DNA of 64,000 bases from Neodothiora populina (Eukaryota), in assembly GCF_041146345.1 (NCBI RefSeq), contig NW_027191409.1, forward strand, positions 1-64,000, given 5' to 3'. Positions 48,401-60,256 of this stretch are shown here, one piece after another. The position numbers were made by a program, and so were the translations under genes. The first letter of the stretch is position 1, and every line of letters starts with the position of its first letter. The notes under the pieces were generated by a model. That model was not told the DNA's origin. It ran no database searches and saw only the letters and a list, made by a program, of their open reading frames with translations.

Positions 48401-50999
48401 AGACCTTTTCATCTGGTGCGAGATGCAGAATGGAGAATTTCAATGACCAAGCGAGGACGGCATGTTTGTATTCGACCGTGTAGTGGTGGAAGATCCGTGT
48501 CAGGACAGTCGAGTTCAGAGACGAGGACAATAATACCTCAGGCAGGATTAGTACCTTGACTCCAGCGAATGGACATACCTAAGAACGTAAGACGCTGCAC
48601 TTTGCCGTCGCAGACCAAGACAACGACGTTAGAGTCTGCCAATCGCACACGCCATTCACAATTCTCTCAGCAGTGGTGATATCATGCCTAGTGGGGTTCG
48701 AATCATGAGAGTGATCCTCATCGGAGAAATGCTTTCTCTGTTGGCCGAGACGCCGATCAGCACCACCTATTCCACTCGCACTTTATTAAGATGACTGAAG
48801 ATGCGGCTCGTGGTAAGACAGCGGGAAGCGTGCGGTAAACATCACCAGATGCGTTACAGATAGCTACGTAAGGTATGGAGATCGCGCGAGATGGACTGGA
48901 CGGGTCACACTCTGAGAAATCGATATATTGCGAAGCGGTCTAGCGCCATGTAAAAATAGCTTTCTTGACTTGCTGTGCTCACGAACGCCAGCGAGCGGCA
49001 TGGATCGTCAAACCGACCATCACTAATGCAGCAAGTCTGTCACCGTCTATATTCGATTGACCTTGCACCTAAGCCGGATTGGCTGCCAATGCCTTCTGAG
49101 ACATTGGTACTGTGGGGATAAGGATGGGGCATACCATTCGAAGTGCGGAACCTCAACAAACGATGATCGAGGATTCCATCGTGCCATGTCTCTGCACAGT
49201 CATGCTGCGAAGATTGGTCAAGATACAGCGCAAAGACCACTTCATCACAATAAGAATATGACACAAGATTGATGGCAAATGAAATGAAACGAAACGATGA
49301 CTAGAAGGGAGACAAGGCAACGAAGACCTAGACCAACGAGTGTGAACATGTTGTGCTGGATATTTTCGGGGTCCCCTCAGCAAATGTCGTAAACAGCGCT
49401 CTTGCAGTTTGGCTGCTCGACACATCACACCGGTGTAGAAAGTTGGTCATGTTGAATGTACACCCATCCTTTGCACCAGCGACTCCACATGGTTGGTGGA
49501 TATGAAAACTCGAAACATCGAACCTCTCAACCAATCAGATGTAGCGCCGGGCGGCTATCGCTGTGATTTCACGAGGGCAAGTATTGGAGAAGTGACATAG
49601 CTTGTCTCATTGCAGGGCGACGTTTGCAAGATCAGTGGGATCGCTTAAATGATGGTCTTGACGCTGCAATGCTACTGCCTGGAGATCAGAGCAGAAAGAC
49701 GTTGTTGACTCAAACTCAGAGTGAGACAAGTGATGCTTGGGTATACGAGTCTAAATTCGAAGCCAACTCATAAAATAACCCCTGCGAGGGAAAACGAGAA
49801 GGAAATGTAGCGGCCAGGAGGAGATTAGGTACCTACCTGTATGGCAGGTAAGAAGGTCAATTAGGAACATTCACCATCACTGTGATTTACTGAAGGCCTC
49901 CTATTCCCAGGCGGATAGTGTTACGGGATCAGCTGGAGCTGATAAGAGTGCGCCACCCGAAAGTACCTTGGTGAAGGAGGTAATGAAAGATTCTGCCAAA
50001 AGACGTTGCCTGTAGACCTACCGCCATGGCATGACGGCCTCTTTCGGTGTGCTAAGGACTTCGCCGAGAGGCAATGGCAGCCATCGCACGATTCGGTTAA
50101 GTCTCGCCGTACCTGTACCTTCTCCCTGAGCGCCCTCCGGGCCAAGCAATAACGCTCGAGTCTGGATTAGGGAAAGATCTGCATACCCACAACGACGTTT
50201 ACTCCCACGACCTGTACCTGAGAGAAAATAACAACACGCAAAACGGTTGATAGAAAGTCAGAACTGGCGGAGCAACACCGCACGTCAACAAAAGCATAAT
50301 CTAGCAGTGCTAAGTTCCATGATCTGTTGTAGCTTGAAGACGAGCAGATTTTCACGGGAGCTGATCGTTCCTCGCACGCTGCGTCTACTAGATTTCGATT
50401 GTAGCGGAAGCCATGCAAACAGGATAACACCGCTTCGAAGAGAGAAGCTACTGCAACGGCCAGACGTTCTCGCAATCATAGTTGCTACGGCCGGCCATGA
50501 ACGTTTACTGAGCCGTAATCACGCAGGAACAATTAAGTGATGGCCCTAGGCGACAAGACTGGTGAGCGGGACGGGCGCCGCCACGCTTGCCCAGTATGAT
50601 AGAGACGCCGTTATGATACAGAATTGAGCTATGGGGTAGGTCATCTAACGTATGCAGGTACACGGTGGATCTAAATGATCCGGTGCAGGCAATAATGATC
50701 TACGCACCCCAAGTCTGCCGTTTTACACTCTCAAGAAACGTTTTCATTGTTTCTATCCAAGGATGAGATGTCAATCTGTGAGGCGGGGGATCCGAGAGTC
50801 TCTAGCCAGCAACAAGGACTACATATACAGCTCCAATGCCCCGACATCAATCAATCATCCAACAGCGACAACAGCTTAATAACCATACATCCAATCTAGA
50901 AGTCCTTCGTTCAGCTTCCAGATTTCCCCCTTGCCGTCTCTCGGCTTTTCTTTCGCTTAATCGTCCCTTTTGTATCAAACCAGAACACCAACTATCATA

Positions 51000-53105
51000 A
51001 TGTCTCGATCAATCTTCGCCTCCGCAGCAGTCGCTGCGCTTGCGCTGACCAATGGCGCAGCTGCTCAGCTGTTCCCTCTTACTAACACTACCACCGCCTC
51101 CATCATCCCTGGTACTGTCTCTTCTTCCACCACTTCCCTGACCTCCAGCAGCAGCCTCAGCGTGACTGTGACCGGAACCACCACCAGCACCGGTGGTCCT
51201 TCCGCTACCACTGGCACTGCTGCTCCCACTGCCAGCGACCCCGTCTTCTGCCCTGCTCTCTCGGGCGAGCTTTACGCCGGTCCTCTTGATGTCACTTACT
51301 CTATCTCTTGCGATGTCAACTACGGTGGTGTCCTCATCGACATCTCCATTGCCAAGAGACAGAACAACGCTGTCGACTCTCTTCAGGACTGCTTGACTCT
51401 TTGCTCTACTCTCGCCACCTGCAAGGCCACCGCCTTCGACACCAACAACCCTGAGTGCTTCTTCTACAGCTCTATTGGTGAGGCATTCACTGCCAACGGC
51501 TTCGAGTTCGCAACGGTCGAGAGCCGTGGCGCTGTCTCTTCCACCTCTCTGTCCAGCACTCGTCCTGTCTCCAGCAGCAACGGTACTATCAGCGGTGTGA
51601 CCTCAGGCTCTGGCCTTCCCACTGGTCTTCCTACTGGCACCGGTGGCAGCGGCCCTGGCTTCACCAGCACCGGCAGTGTCCCTTACCCCACCAGTGGCAA
51701 CAGCACCACTAGATCTATCCCCAGCACCTCTGGATCGTCTGCTACATCTGGAAGCGGTGTCTCCACCTCCGGTTCCAGCTCCGGCTCTGCCACATCTGGC
51801 TCTGCCACTGGCTCCGGTACCACCTCTGGCACTGCTCCCTCCTCCACTTTCGCTGGAGACCAATTCTGCCCTGCTCTCAGCGGAAACATCTTCATCGGTA
51901 ACATCGGTATCCAGTATCTGATCGAGTGCGGTGTAAACCACGTCGGTATCATCATCGATGTCACTATCGCTAAGCGTCAAGGAACCGTCGACAGCCTCGG
52001 TGACTGTATCAACCAGTGCGACGTCAACACTGCTTGCGTAGCCACCTCTTTCAACACCGCTGCCGGCACTTGCACTCTCTTCAGCTCGGTTGGTGCTGCT
52101 TTCGAGGACCCCAACTCTGAGTTCGCCATGCAAGTTGCCCCCGCCACCACTGCCACCGCTGGCCAGGAGCTCACCTCCACCATCCTCTCTACCACCGTCC
52201 GCACCATCTCCTCTTGCGCTCCCACCGTTACCGACTGCCCTTACGCTGGCGGTGCCGTTGTTGTCACTGAGGTCATCCCTGTCTCCGAGACCACGTACAT
52301 CTGCCCTACCGCCACCTCGTTCGCTGCTGGACCCGTTGTCTGCACTTCGTGCCCTTACGCACCTGTGACTGCCACTTGCTACAGCCAAACTGTCGAGACC
52401 ATCTACTCGTGCGCTCCTACCGTCACTGACTGCCCCTACAACCACGGTGTCAGCACCGCCGGTGCTTACGGCCCCGGTCCTACTGAGGGCTCCGGCATCA
52501 CCAAGGTCATCACCACCACCGTCACCCCCGTCAACACCGTTGTTGTCAACTACCCCAAGCCCACTGGCAGCGGTGAGGCTCCCCCTACCATGGTCACTGC
52601 CACTGGCTACGTCGGCCCTGCTCAGGACACCCCTGCCCCTGCTGCTGGTTCCGGCTCAGCTGCCTCTGGCTACGTCGGCCCTGCTCAGGACACCCCTGCC
52701 CCTGCTGCTGGTTCCGGCTCAGCTGCCTCTGGCTACGTCGGCCCTGCTCAGGACACTCCTGCCCCTGCTGCTGGTTCCGGCTCAGCTGCCTCTGGCTACG
52801 TTGGCCCCGCTCAGGACACCCCTGCCCCTGCTGCTGGCTCCGGCTCAGCTGCATCTGCATCCGTCGGCCCTGCTCAGGACACCCCTGCTCCTGCTGCTGG
52901 TACCGGCTCCGGATCCGGCTCCAGCGCTGGCAACGGTGGCGCTGTTGTCACCCAGATCGGTGACGGCCAGATCCAGGCTCCTGCCACCGGCACTGCCACT
53001 GGCACCGCACCCACCATGTCCAGCTACACTGGTGCTGCCAGCCAGCTCAGCGTTGGCGCTGGCATGGCCGGTGCCGTCGTTGCCGGTCTTGCATTCCTTC
53101 TTTAA
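51000..53105 (+). CDS. GPI-anchored Ser/Thr-rich cell-wall protein with two PAN/apple-like Cys domains, CAPTVTDCP motifs, tandem repeats and a PIR repeat
   Basis: Signal peptide MSRSIFASAAVAALAL, two FCPALSG...C...C...C modules, VTQIGDGQIQAP, a C-terminal YTGAA plus hydrophobic tail, and strong C-ending codon bias. Confidence 0.88.
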   Translation: MSRSIFASAAVAALALTNGAAAQLFPLTNTTTASIIPGTVSSSTTSLTSSSSLSVTVTGTTTSTGGPSATTGTAAPTASDPVFCPALSGELYAGPLDVTYSISCDVNYGGVLIDISIAKRQNNAVDSLQDCLTLCSTLATCKATAFDTNNPECFFYSSIGEAFTANGFEFATVESRGAVSSTSLSSTRPVSSSNGTISGVTSGSGLPTGLPTGTGGSGPGFTSTGSVPYPTSGNSTTRSIPSTSGSSATSGSGVSTSGSSSGSATSGSATGSGTTSGTAPSSTFAGDQFCPALSGNIFIGNIGIQYLIECGVNHVGIIIDVTIAKRQGTVDSLGDCINQCDVNTACVATSFNTAAGTCTLFSSVGAAFEDPNSEFAMQVAPATTATAGQELTSTILSTTVRTISSCAPTVTDCPYAGGAVVVTEVIPVSETTYICPTATSFAAGPVVCTSCPYAPVTATCYSQTVETIYSCAPTVTDCPYNHGVSTAGAYGPGPTEGSGITKVITTTVTPVNTVVVNYPKPTGSGEAPPTMVTATGYVGPAQDTPAPAAGSGSAASGYVGPAQDTPAPAAGSGSAASGYVGPAQDTPAPAAGSGSAASGYVGPAQDTPAPAAGSGSAASASVGPAQDTPAPAAGTGSGSGSSAGNGGAVVTQIGDGQIQAPATGTATGTAPTMSSYTGAASQLSVGAGMAGAVVAGLAFLL
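52605..52905 (+). repeat. Intragenic minisatellite, ~5 x 63 bp (GYVGPAQDTPAPAAGSGSAAS)
   Basis: Units start at 52605, 52668, 52731, 52794 and 52857, nearly identical. Confidence 0.95.
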
Positions 53106-54912
53106 GCAATCTGAATATTGTCTTGTATAACACGCAAGCGTCGATGGTCAGATCTCTAAAGATCTGATTGATCCGAATATGAGCAATAATTTTTATTACT
53201 TTTTTCTATATTTCCTTTGTCTCTTGCTAATTCTTCTACAACTACGATTTCGTATCTTTTTTCTTTTATCACGTCTCTCGAACTCGAATGAAAATCCCCC
53301 CAAAGTCGGGGCAGTCTTTTGGGTTACTCACTAGACTGGAGGAAGTACATACAAAGTAATGGAGCGGGACAGCAAAGCTAGCGGTGCTCTTTCCTTCGAC
53401 AAGAGGGAAGAAGAGTTTCTCTCATCGGGAAAAACTAGTAGAATCTACAAAACAAGCCAAACAATCCATATACCATTTAATCATCTCAACCCAACCCATC
53501 GAACCAAGTGTTTGCTCTAGTGAAATCGTCTTCGTATAGTATAAACGGTCGAGTCTGTTTCCCAAGCGACTCGAGTCTGAAGTGGCGATGATACGATTGA
53601 TACGATGAGGACGGGAGGGGTAAGAAGAGTGGGAATGGGTTGGCACCGGTGAAAAGAAGGACAGGATAGGCTAGGATAGGACATGACAAAAAAAAGGCGT
53701 TGTGATGCGAAATGAGCATTCTGCAACGGTTTCATTATATCGATCCTTCCTCTCAGTGTACTATTTTCGACTGAAAGCACAAAGTAAGCGAGCAGGATAA
53801 ACGGGGGGCCCAAGCTTTTTCTGGGGGCCCTTTCGTCCAGCTGACCGTACCTTAATTAGCTTAGCTTCGTTTCGGTAGCTCTCTGGTAACGGGGACTTAT
53901 TCTGTTGTTCTCTTGGAAGATCTGAGAATGAGTCCTCTTTCCATTCTCGGCGCTTGAATTCGGATAGGTGTCGCGTCGTCAATCAAAAGTTGCTCGAAGA
54001 AAGCTACTACATGTAAGACACTCTTCTGGGTAGGTAGATGAAATCTGTAAGACCAAAGCAGTGCGGATGATGGTTGAGTGTCTGTAGAAGTAATACGGCG
54101 AGTCGGAAAATGTCATCATAGCTCGAGTGCACAGTTCAATACTGTGCTTGTACTCCGTACTGTATTGTGTGACCATGGTCTGGAGGGACGCAAATAAAAG
54201 GCACCTTAAGGTAGGCAAACTAAGGTACCTCAGATAGAGCTCGAAGCTCCCAAGCTCTACAGCTGTAGGTACAAGTCGAAACAAGACAATGGTTCAGAGT
54301 ATATAGACAAAATGGGATTCAGGTACGAGACACAAGTCTTGCGTACCTTGATCGCTCTGGCCCGAGGTATGATTAAAGGCAAGAAGAAGAGAGAGTCACA
54401 GACACGGGGAGAGAGACAAAAGGCCATGTTCAGCCTAAAGTTGCCCTTTTATTTTGTGTCTTGTCAACTAGGCACGGTGCCTGCCCTGCACAGCTCACAC
54501 AGTATTGGACGTGTTGAGATATTGTGCAGATACACCGTATCCGACCCCCAAGAGGATCTGCGATATTTTCGTTAGACCAAGATGATCGAATCAGACTCGA
54601 AGAAATGCCGTCCGACTTCTCTTTTCGTCTCTGTCCTTGACCAATAATGCATCCTTCGTACCAGTCCGCTGGGATTCGAATCATCCACCTCAAATCAGGC
54701 CCCCTCGCGATTTGTCTCAGAGCTTGCAAGGTCGACATTCTCGCAAGGATGGCATGATTGACTCCGTAGACACCGCGGTCGGCTTGAGTGCGCTTATTGG
54801 ACTTGCGGTCCCACTTTGGGAGGTGTGCTCCAAAGACGTGAACTAGTCTTGGACCATGGCTGCTCTCGTGAGGAACAGCACGGATCGAGGTGCATGACTA
54901 CCTTTTCAAGTC

Positions 54913-56130
54913 TCATGGATCAAATCGCCGTCTCTTCTCGTCTCGCCCATCGTGGCGGGCATCGTCGTGCCTGCGTCTCCGGTCTCCCACGGCGGCAGCA
55001 TTTGCGCCCGAGGGACCTTCTTGGTCGCGTCTGTATCGCTCGCCTGCACCGCCGGGATTGCGCATGTCCCCGTAGTCAGCCCATCGGCCCGTGTCTTCGC
55101 TCTTCATGTCTCTGTATTTGGTCCTGCCCTTCTTGCCCAGCTTGGTCATGTCGCGGATCTGCATGTACTGCGGCAGCAACTCGCGATTGACGGCGTCGTC
55201 GGCGTAGCGTGCACCCATGATGTCTCGCCTCTTGGCCGCCTCTTCCGCCTCTCCTCCCTCTCCCTGGAAGAAGGCGCCCTTGTGGAAGTATTTCTGCATG
55301 AAGCCCATCTGGCCCTTTCCTTCTCTTTCTGCCTTTTGTGCGTCGATGAACTGCTTGTCTTCTGCTTCTCTCTCGGCGGCGCCGAGGTTCCGTCGCCGCT
55401 CAATCTCCTCGCGTTCCCTTTCAGCCACTTCGATGGCTTCGCGCTCGCGCTTGATGCGTTTGAGCTCGCGCAGCTTCCAGGCCGCGCGTTCGGCTTCTGG
55501 GTCGAGTCCGTCCGTGTCGTCGACGTCGTCCTGGATGGCATCGTCGTCGTCGTCCCATGCCTTGCGTGCAGCTGCTCGTTCCGCCGCGTCTTTCTCCAGT
55601 TGTGCCTGCAGCATCTCGTCTGCCTTCTCATGCCGTCGCCGCTCCTCTTCCTCGGCCATCTGCTCCTGTGTCTTTTCCGGGGCTGTGGGCTGTATGCGCT
55701 GACTCTTTCTGATGAAGGTGGGGGCGACGAACTTCCTCTGCGGTGCTTCGTCTTCGTCTTGTGATTCTTCTTCTTCCGAGTCTTGTTCGTCTTCTGCTTC
55801 TTCGTCGCTGCCAGCCTCTTCGCTCTCTGACGCTGTCTCGAAGCCGTCTTCTGCCTTCGAGGCCAGTTCTGCCTCTCGTGCCCTCGCTGCAACTGCCTCC
55901 TGTCGTCGTCTCTCTAGTTCGTCCTTGCTGAGTCCAGCGGTGATCTTGGGGAAGGTGGTAGCTGTGGGCGCGGGCGCTTTTGCCTGCTGTTGTCGCTGCT
56001 GCTCTTCTCCTTCTGACTCTGACTCTGACTCTGATTCTGACGACGACGACGGCTCTTCGGCTCCCACTGGCTTGCCTGGTCGGTAGCGCAGAGGCGCCAG
56101 CGGGTTGGCCGTCATCTTCTTGGGAGGCAT
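54913..56130 (-). CDS. MFAP1: MFAP1 / Spp381-like spliceosomal protein
   Basis: RYRPGKP, DTDGLDPEAERAAWKLRELKRIKRERE, FMQKYFHKGAFF and GKKGRTKY. Confidence 0.93.
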   Translation of the reverse strand: MPPKKMTANPLAPLRYRPGKPVGAEEPSSSSESESESESEGEEQQRQQQAKAPAPTATTFPKITAGLSKDELERRRQEAVAARAREAELASKAEDGFETASESEEAGSDEEAEDEQDSEEEESQDEDEAPQRKFVAPTFIRKSQRIQPTAPEKTQEQMAEEEERRRHEKADEMLQAQLEKDAAERAAARKAWDDDDDAIQDDVDDTDGLDPEAERAAWKLRELKRIKREREAIEVAEREREEIERRRNLGAAEREAEDKQFIDAQKAEREGKGQMGFMQKYFHKGAFFQGEGGEAEEAAKRRDIMGARYADDAVNRELLPQYMQIRDMTKLGKKGRTKYRDMKSEDTGRWADYGDMRNPGGAGERYRRDQEGPSGANAAAVGDRRRRHDDARHDGRDEKRRRFDP

Positions 56131-56728
56131 TTTGATTGCTGTTCTGAGAGTTGATTGATGAGAAACACTAAAGATGTCGATGCTGCATGCTATAATAATA
56201 ATGATAGAGAAGATGATGATGATCTAATAATAAATCGTCATCATCCTCGAGCCAAGGGAACCTGGAACTTTTGGTCAAAACGTGGGGAAGGTGCGGGTAC
56301 GGAGCACAAGTACAAGTACAAGTACAGGTTCAGGCAGGTGCAGATGTCTTGGCGTCCATGTCTGCCTCGTCGCCTTGATTCGGTCCATCCTCTCTGCCAT
56401 CGGCATCACCGGGGTGTGCGGAAGCTGACATTCTCTGGTCCTTTGCGGTCTAGGACGCCTCATCTCCAACGTTTCTTGCTTGTTATACATCTCTCACTGT
56501 CTGCCTGAAATACCCTTGAAAACTCTATATATTCGGGAAGGCGAAGTCGACATACGCAATCGCCGCATAGCCACTCTCTTGATCATCGCGAGGTGCATTT
56601 GAAGGAACCCTACCTCCCGTTGCTTATATTATTTTCTTGTATCTCTATATAGCCTGCTACTGTTGTCTATTTTCCTCTTCAAGACCAAACAGAATCAACA
56701 TACAATTCATCAAACTGATCAATTCACC

Positions 56729-57162
56729 ATGGGCTGCCTCGTAAGTCTTGCCCACCCTTTCCTCATATTCGCAAAGAAACCCACATCTACCCACCTTACT
56801 CACCACTCCACCAGATCGGATGCTGCCTCGCTCTCCTAGCAGTGGTGGCACCCCCCATCCCTGTCCTCTTCCGACGAGGCGTAGGCTCAAGCCTCCTGTT
56901 ATGCTGCCTGCTGTGCGTTCTAGGCTGGATCCCCGGCGTCTTTTACGCCTGGTATGTCATCGCGCGCTCCCCGGATCGAAGCCTCACCGGAGACAGAGGC
57001 AGAGGCAGAGAGCCTAGGGTCGTCGAGGAGGGACGCTATGCCACTGCTAATGCTCCTCCTGCTGCCGGTTATGGTGCTTCGCCGGCGCCGCCTCCGCCCG
57101 CTGCTCAGGGGCTTTATTATCCGCCTCCTCCTCAGCAGGAGACCGGTCGTGTCAGGCACTGA
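56729..57162 (+). CDS. Pmp3/UPF0057 proteolipid with Pro-rich tail
   Basis: MGCL, intron 56741-56814, then IGCCLALLAVVAPPIPVLFRRG...LCVLGWIPGVFYAWYVI. Confidence 0.85.
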
Positions 57163-57366
57163 GGCTGGGGGGCTTGTTGATACCGTAGTCCTTTCTTGAA
57201 AGTCGCACAGCGGAGAAGCGAGCATGTGCCGCAGGAGTAATTGTCTCTCCTCTGTTCAAACATCTACCATTTCAAGTATAAATGCTCGTCATCAATATAC
57301 TTGCGCTCTCAGGCATAAATCACAGAAGAGACACGAGAAATAACCCCCCTGTTTATTGACAGCTTC

Positions 57367-59189
57367 TCAGTTCGACTTGACCCCGCCTGACTTCAGATAC
57401 TCCAACGCCGCCGCCCTCAGTTCAATCTTCATGACTTTGCCAGTGGCATTCAGCGGCCAACTCGACATGCCCAACTGCTGCAACGTAAAGACGCCACCGA
57501 GCGCATACTCTTGTCCGAACCGTCGCACGATGACTTCGTCGACCTCGCGTCCTTGCACGCCAGCCGGCAAGGCTGCCACCACCGCGAAGGGCTCCTGGCC
57601 CAGTCTCGGATGCGGCATGTCGATGACAAAGGTCTGATCCATCATAGTGTAAGAACACGACTGGCAGTAATAGTTTGGTGGAACTGAAATTTCCACTTAC
57701 CTGAATGTCGAAATGTGATGCCAGACAAGCTTCCAGCCCTGCCGGCGAAATGGGCACGCCCCCCCCCCCTCTTCATAATGTCCTTGCTCCGTCCCAATAT
57801 GTACACCCACCCTTCTTCGTCGACCAGGCCTCTGTCGCCCGTGACTAGCCAGGGCGACCCGTCTCGCTCGTAGAAGAGCTCGGGCTTGACTTCGCCGAGA
57901 TATTTCTTCACTACAGACAGTCCTCCTATATGCACTTCGCCCATCTCGCCTCTACACAGTATCCGTTTGCCGTCGTCTCCTATAATACTTAACCTTGAGC
58001 CAGGAAGCACGTGGCCCAAACCGACAATGTCTTGATACTTGGGCAGCGGAGCTCGGTGCAGGTCCATGTCGGTCGGCCAACTCATTATGCCTGTGCCTTC
58101 TGTCATTCCGTGCAGGTTGTACGCCACACATTGAGGAAAGACTTCATGCAGCTTGTCGAGGAGAGCCGAGGTCGTCACGTCTCCGCCGACTTGAACATGG
58201 CGCAGTGAGGCGATGCGTTCATGAGAGTAAGTGGGGTCTTCGGCGATAGCAAACACCATCGGTGGCATACACAACATGTCAGTGGCCTGACCAACCTCGA
58301 TTGCGTCGAGAGTGGCTCTAGCTGAAAAGGTAGGTGAAGGCATGATGATCGTTGCCCCGCGGTACCAATGAGCCAGCGACAGGACATTGCAAATGATGCG
58401 GAAATTAGCATAGTGGACGATCGATCTCGTGGATGATGTGAGATGCCACACGCCACTGCCGTTGGCGGCACTGTTGGCCAGTGTAGTCACAGTGTGGGGA
58501 CATCCCTTCGGCACGCCACTTGATGTGCCGCTCGTGAAGATGATTGTCGCAATACGCTCTGGATCGTTGTCGATCAGATTATCCATTCTGTCAAATCGTC
58601 TGGTAGAATCATGGTCTGCAAGGTCTTCAAACTTCAACCAGGCTGGATCAGAGACACCTTTTGCTTGCATGCAGACACGAACAACCCCTTCCCTTCGGTT
58701 AGTGAGTATGTCGTCGACTGCATTGACTCTGTCTTCGTCGTTTATGATGATACACTGAGGACGAAGGGTCTCCAAAAAGTAAGCAAGGTCTTTGCGACGC
58801 ACAGGGTCCATATATCGCGAATCCAGAGGGACGAGCGTCATGTCCAGAATGGCCGCAACCCAGAACATCAGACACCACTCCACGCCATTTGGGATCATTG
58901 TGACAACAGTAGATCCACGCTCGAGTCCCAGGTTCAAGAGTCCAGATGCAAGTCTTGTTGCTCCGAGTCGCAGCTGCGCATACGTCCATTCCAATTGAGC
59001 GCCTTTGTGTTCTGGTATGGATCCGACGAAGGATGCCAAGTAGTCTGCTCTCTGGTGCATCACGATGACAGCAGTGTTGTCCGGATACTCCTCTGCACCC
59101 TTGAGGAGGATAGACCAGAGACTCTGCTCTAGACTTGATGGTCCGCCATCAATGTCTGCCCGAGGGTTTGGATTCGGAAATGAAGCCAT
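57367..59189 (-). CDS. ANL-superfamily AMP-binding enzyme (acyl-CoA ligase-like), apparent +1 frameshift in a G11 tract
   Basis: FTSGTSSGVPKG, HGMTEG, TGD and GRSKD..KRGG. The continuation VPISPAGLEACL is in another frame. Intron ~57635-57700 precedes the terminal exon with NATGKVMK. Confidence 0.82.
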
Positions 59190-60256
59190 GATTGTCAATT
59201 GTCCAATTCACAGATGAGTAAAGCAATTTTGAACCGGTTCACTAAGTATGCCGCTTATGTACCTGCCTTGATCACCTCATGAGATCTAACCAGCGTGATC
59301 AAATCTTACTCTGCATCCTTTGAGCATACAGGATGTACTACAATAAGCGGCCTCATCATCTCACAGTCTTCAAGATACGGCACGGTTGATGTTGCTGCCA
59401 AGGAGCGCGATTGTACTGAAGCAGTGAAGTAGCCGACCGACTTTCGAAGGAAACTCTAAATTTCCCTTGGAAGCTCGCCTTGGAGTCGTTCCAGATTAGG
59501 CAAGCGATTCCGCAAATGCCGTCCAGTAACATTATCTCAGATGCTGTACAGACAGGCGGCACAATAACGTAGTCACGTTGCAGATGCTGACGGACTTGTA
59601 TGCTTGAACGTCATGCCTGATCAAACATTGATCGTAGGGCGTAGGGCCGCGAGCAGAAGACGTCGTGTCGCACGACAGGATGAAAGGTGTAACTTCCTCG
59701 CAGTTGGTCGCCTATCGTCAAAATGCTCGGGTCATCCGGCAGAACAATCATAGCGTCGGCCATCTGACCATGGACATGGAGTACTCGATGATGTGTATAC
59801 GAAGAGAGAAGATTACGCGACTTCGATGCATTTCTGGGATCTAGGAGGAATAGACTTGCAATGTCGATGAAGCTGCATATTCCCATCACGGCAAGGTACA
59901 GTAGATGTTGTAGTGATGTCTTCTATCATGGTGTAACTCGCGATGGTGGCTCGTGCGCGTGAAGCCAAGCAAACCACAACTTTTCGTGTCAAGACTGCAG
60001 TACTTCGACATACTCTACCATATCTAGGTATAGGCTGTATATGTAAGTGATTCGTACGCCATACCATCTCTCTGAAGGTCTCGAGCAGTCGAAAACAAAT
60101 TGAAGTAATGATTGTGCGGGTGGGTGACAGAGAATAATTCGCCTTTCCGTTCAAAGCTTGCGTGGTGGTGGTATAAGCTTGTACGGTGGAGATAAATTAT
60201 TCTAAATTCGATTCCTGGTCTCGAGTCTCTCTTAGTTGTACAGAAGAACATCTCAT

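Noticed and set aside
48660..48720. GGTTCGAATC as a tRNA T-loop
   Set aside because: No compatible acceptor, D or anticodon stems can be folded around it.
52605..52905. CRISPR-like array
   Set aside because: These are contiguous in-frame coding repeats without spacers, in a eukaryotic gene.
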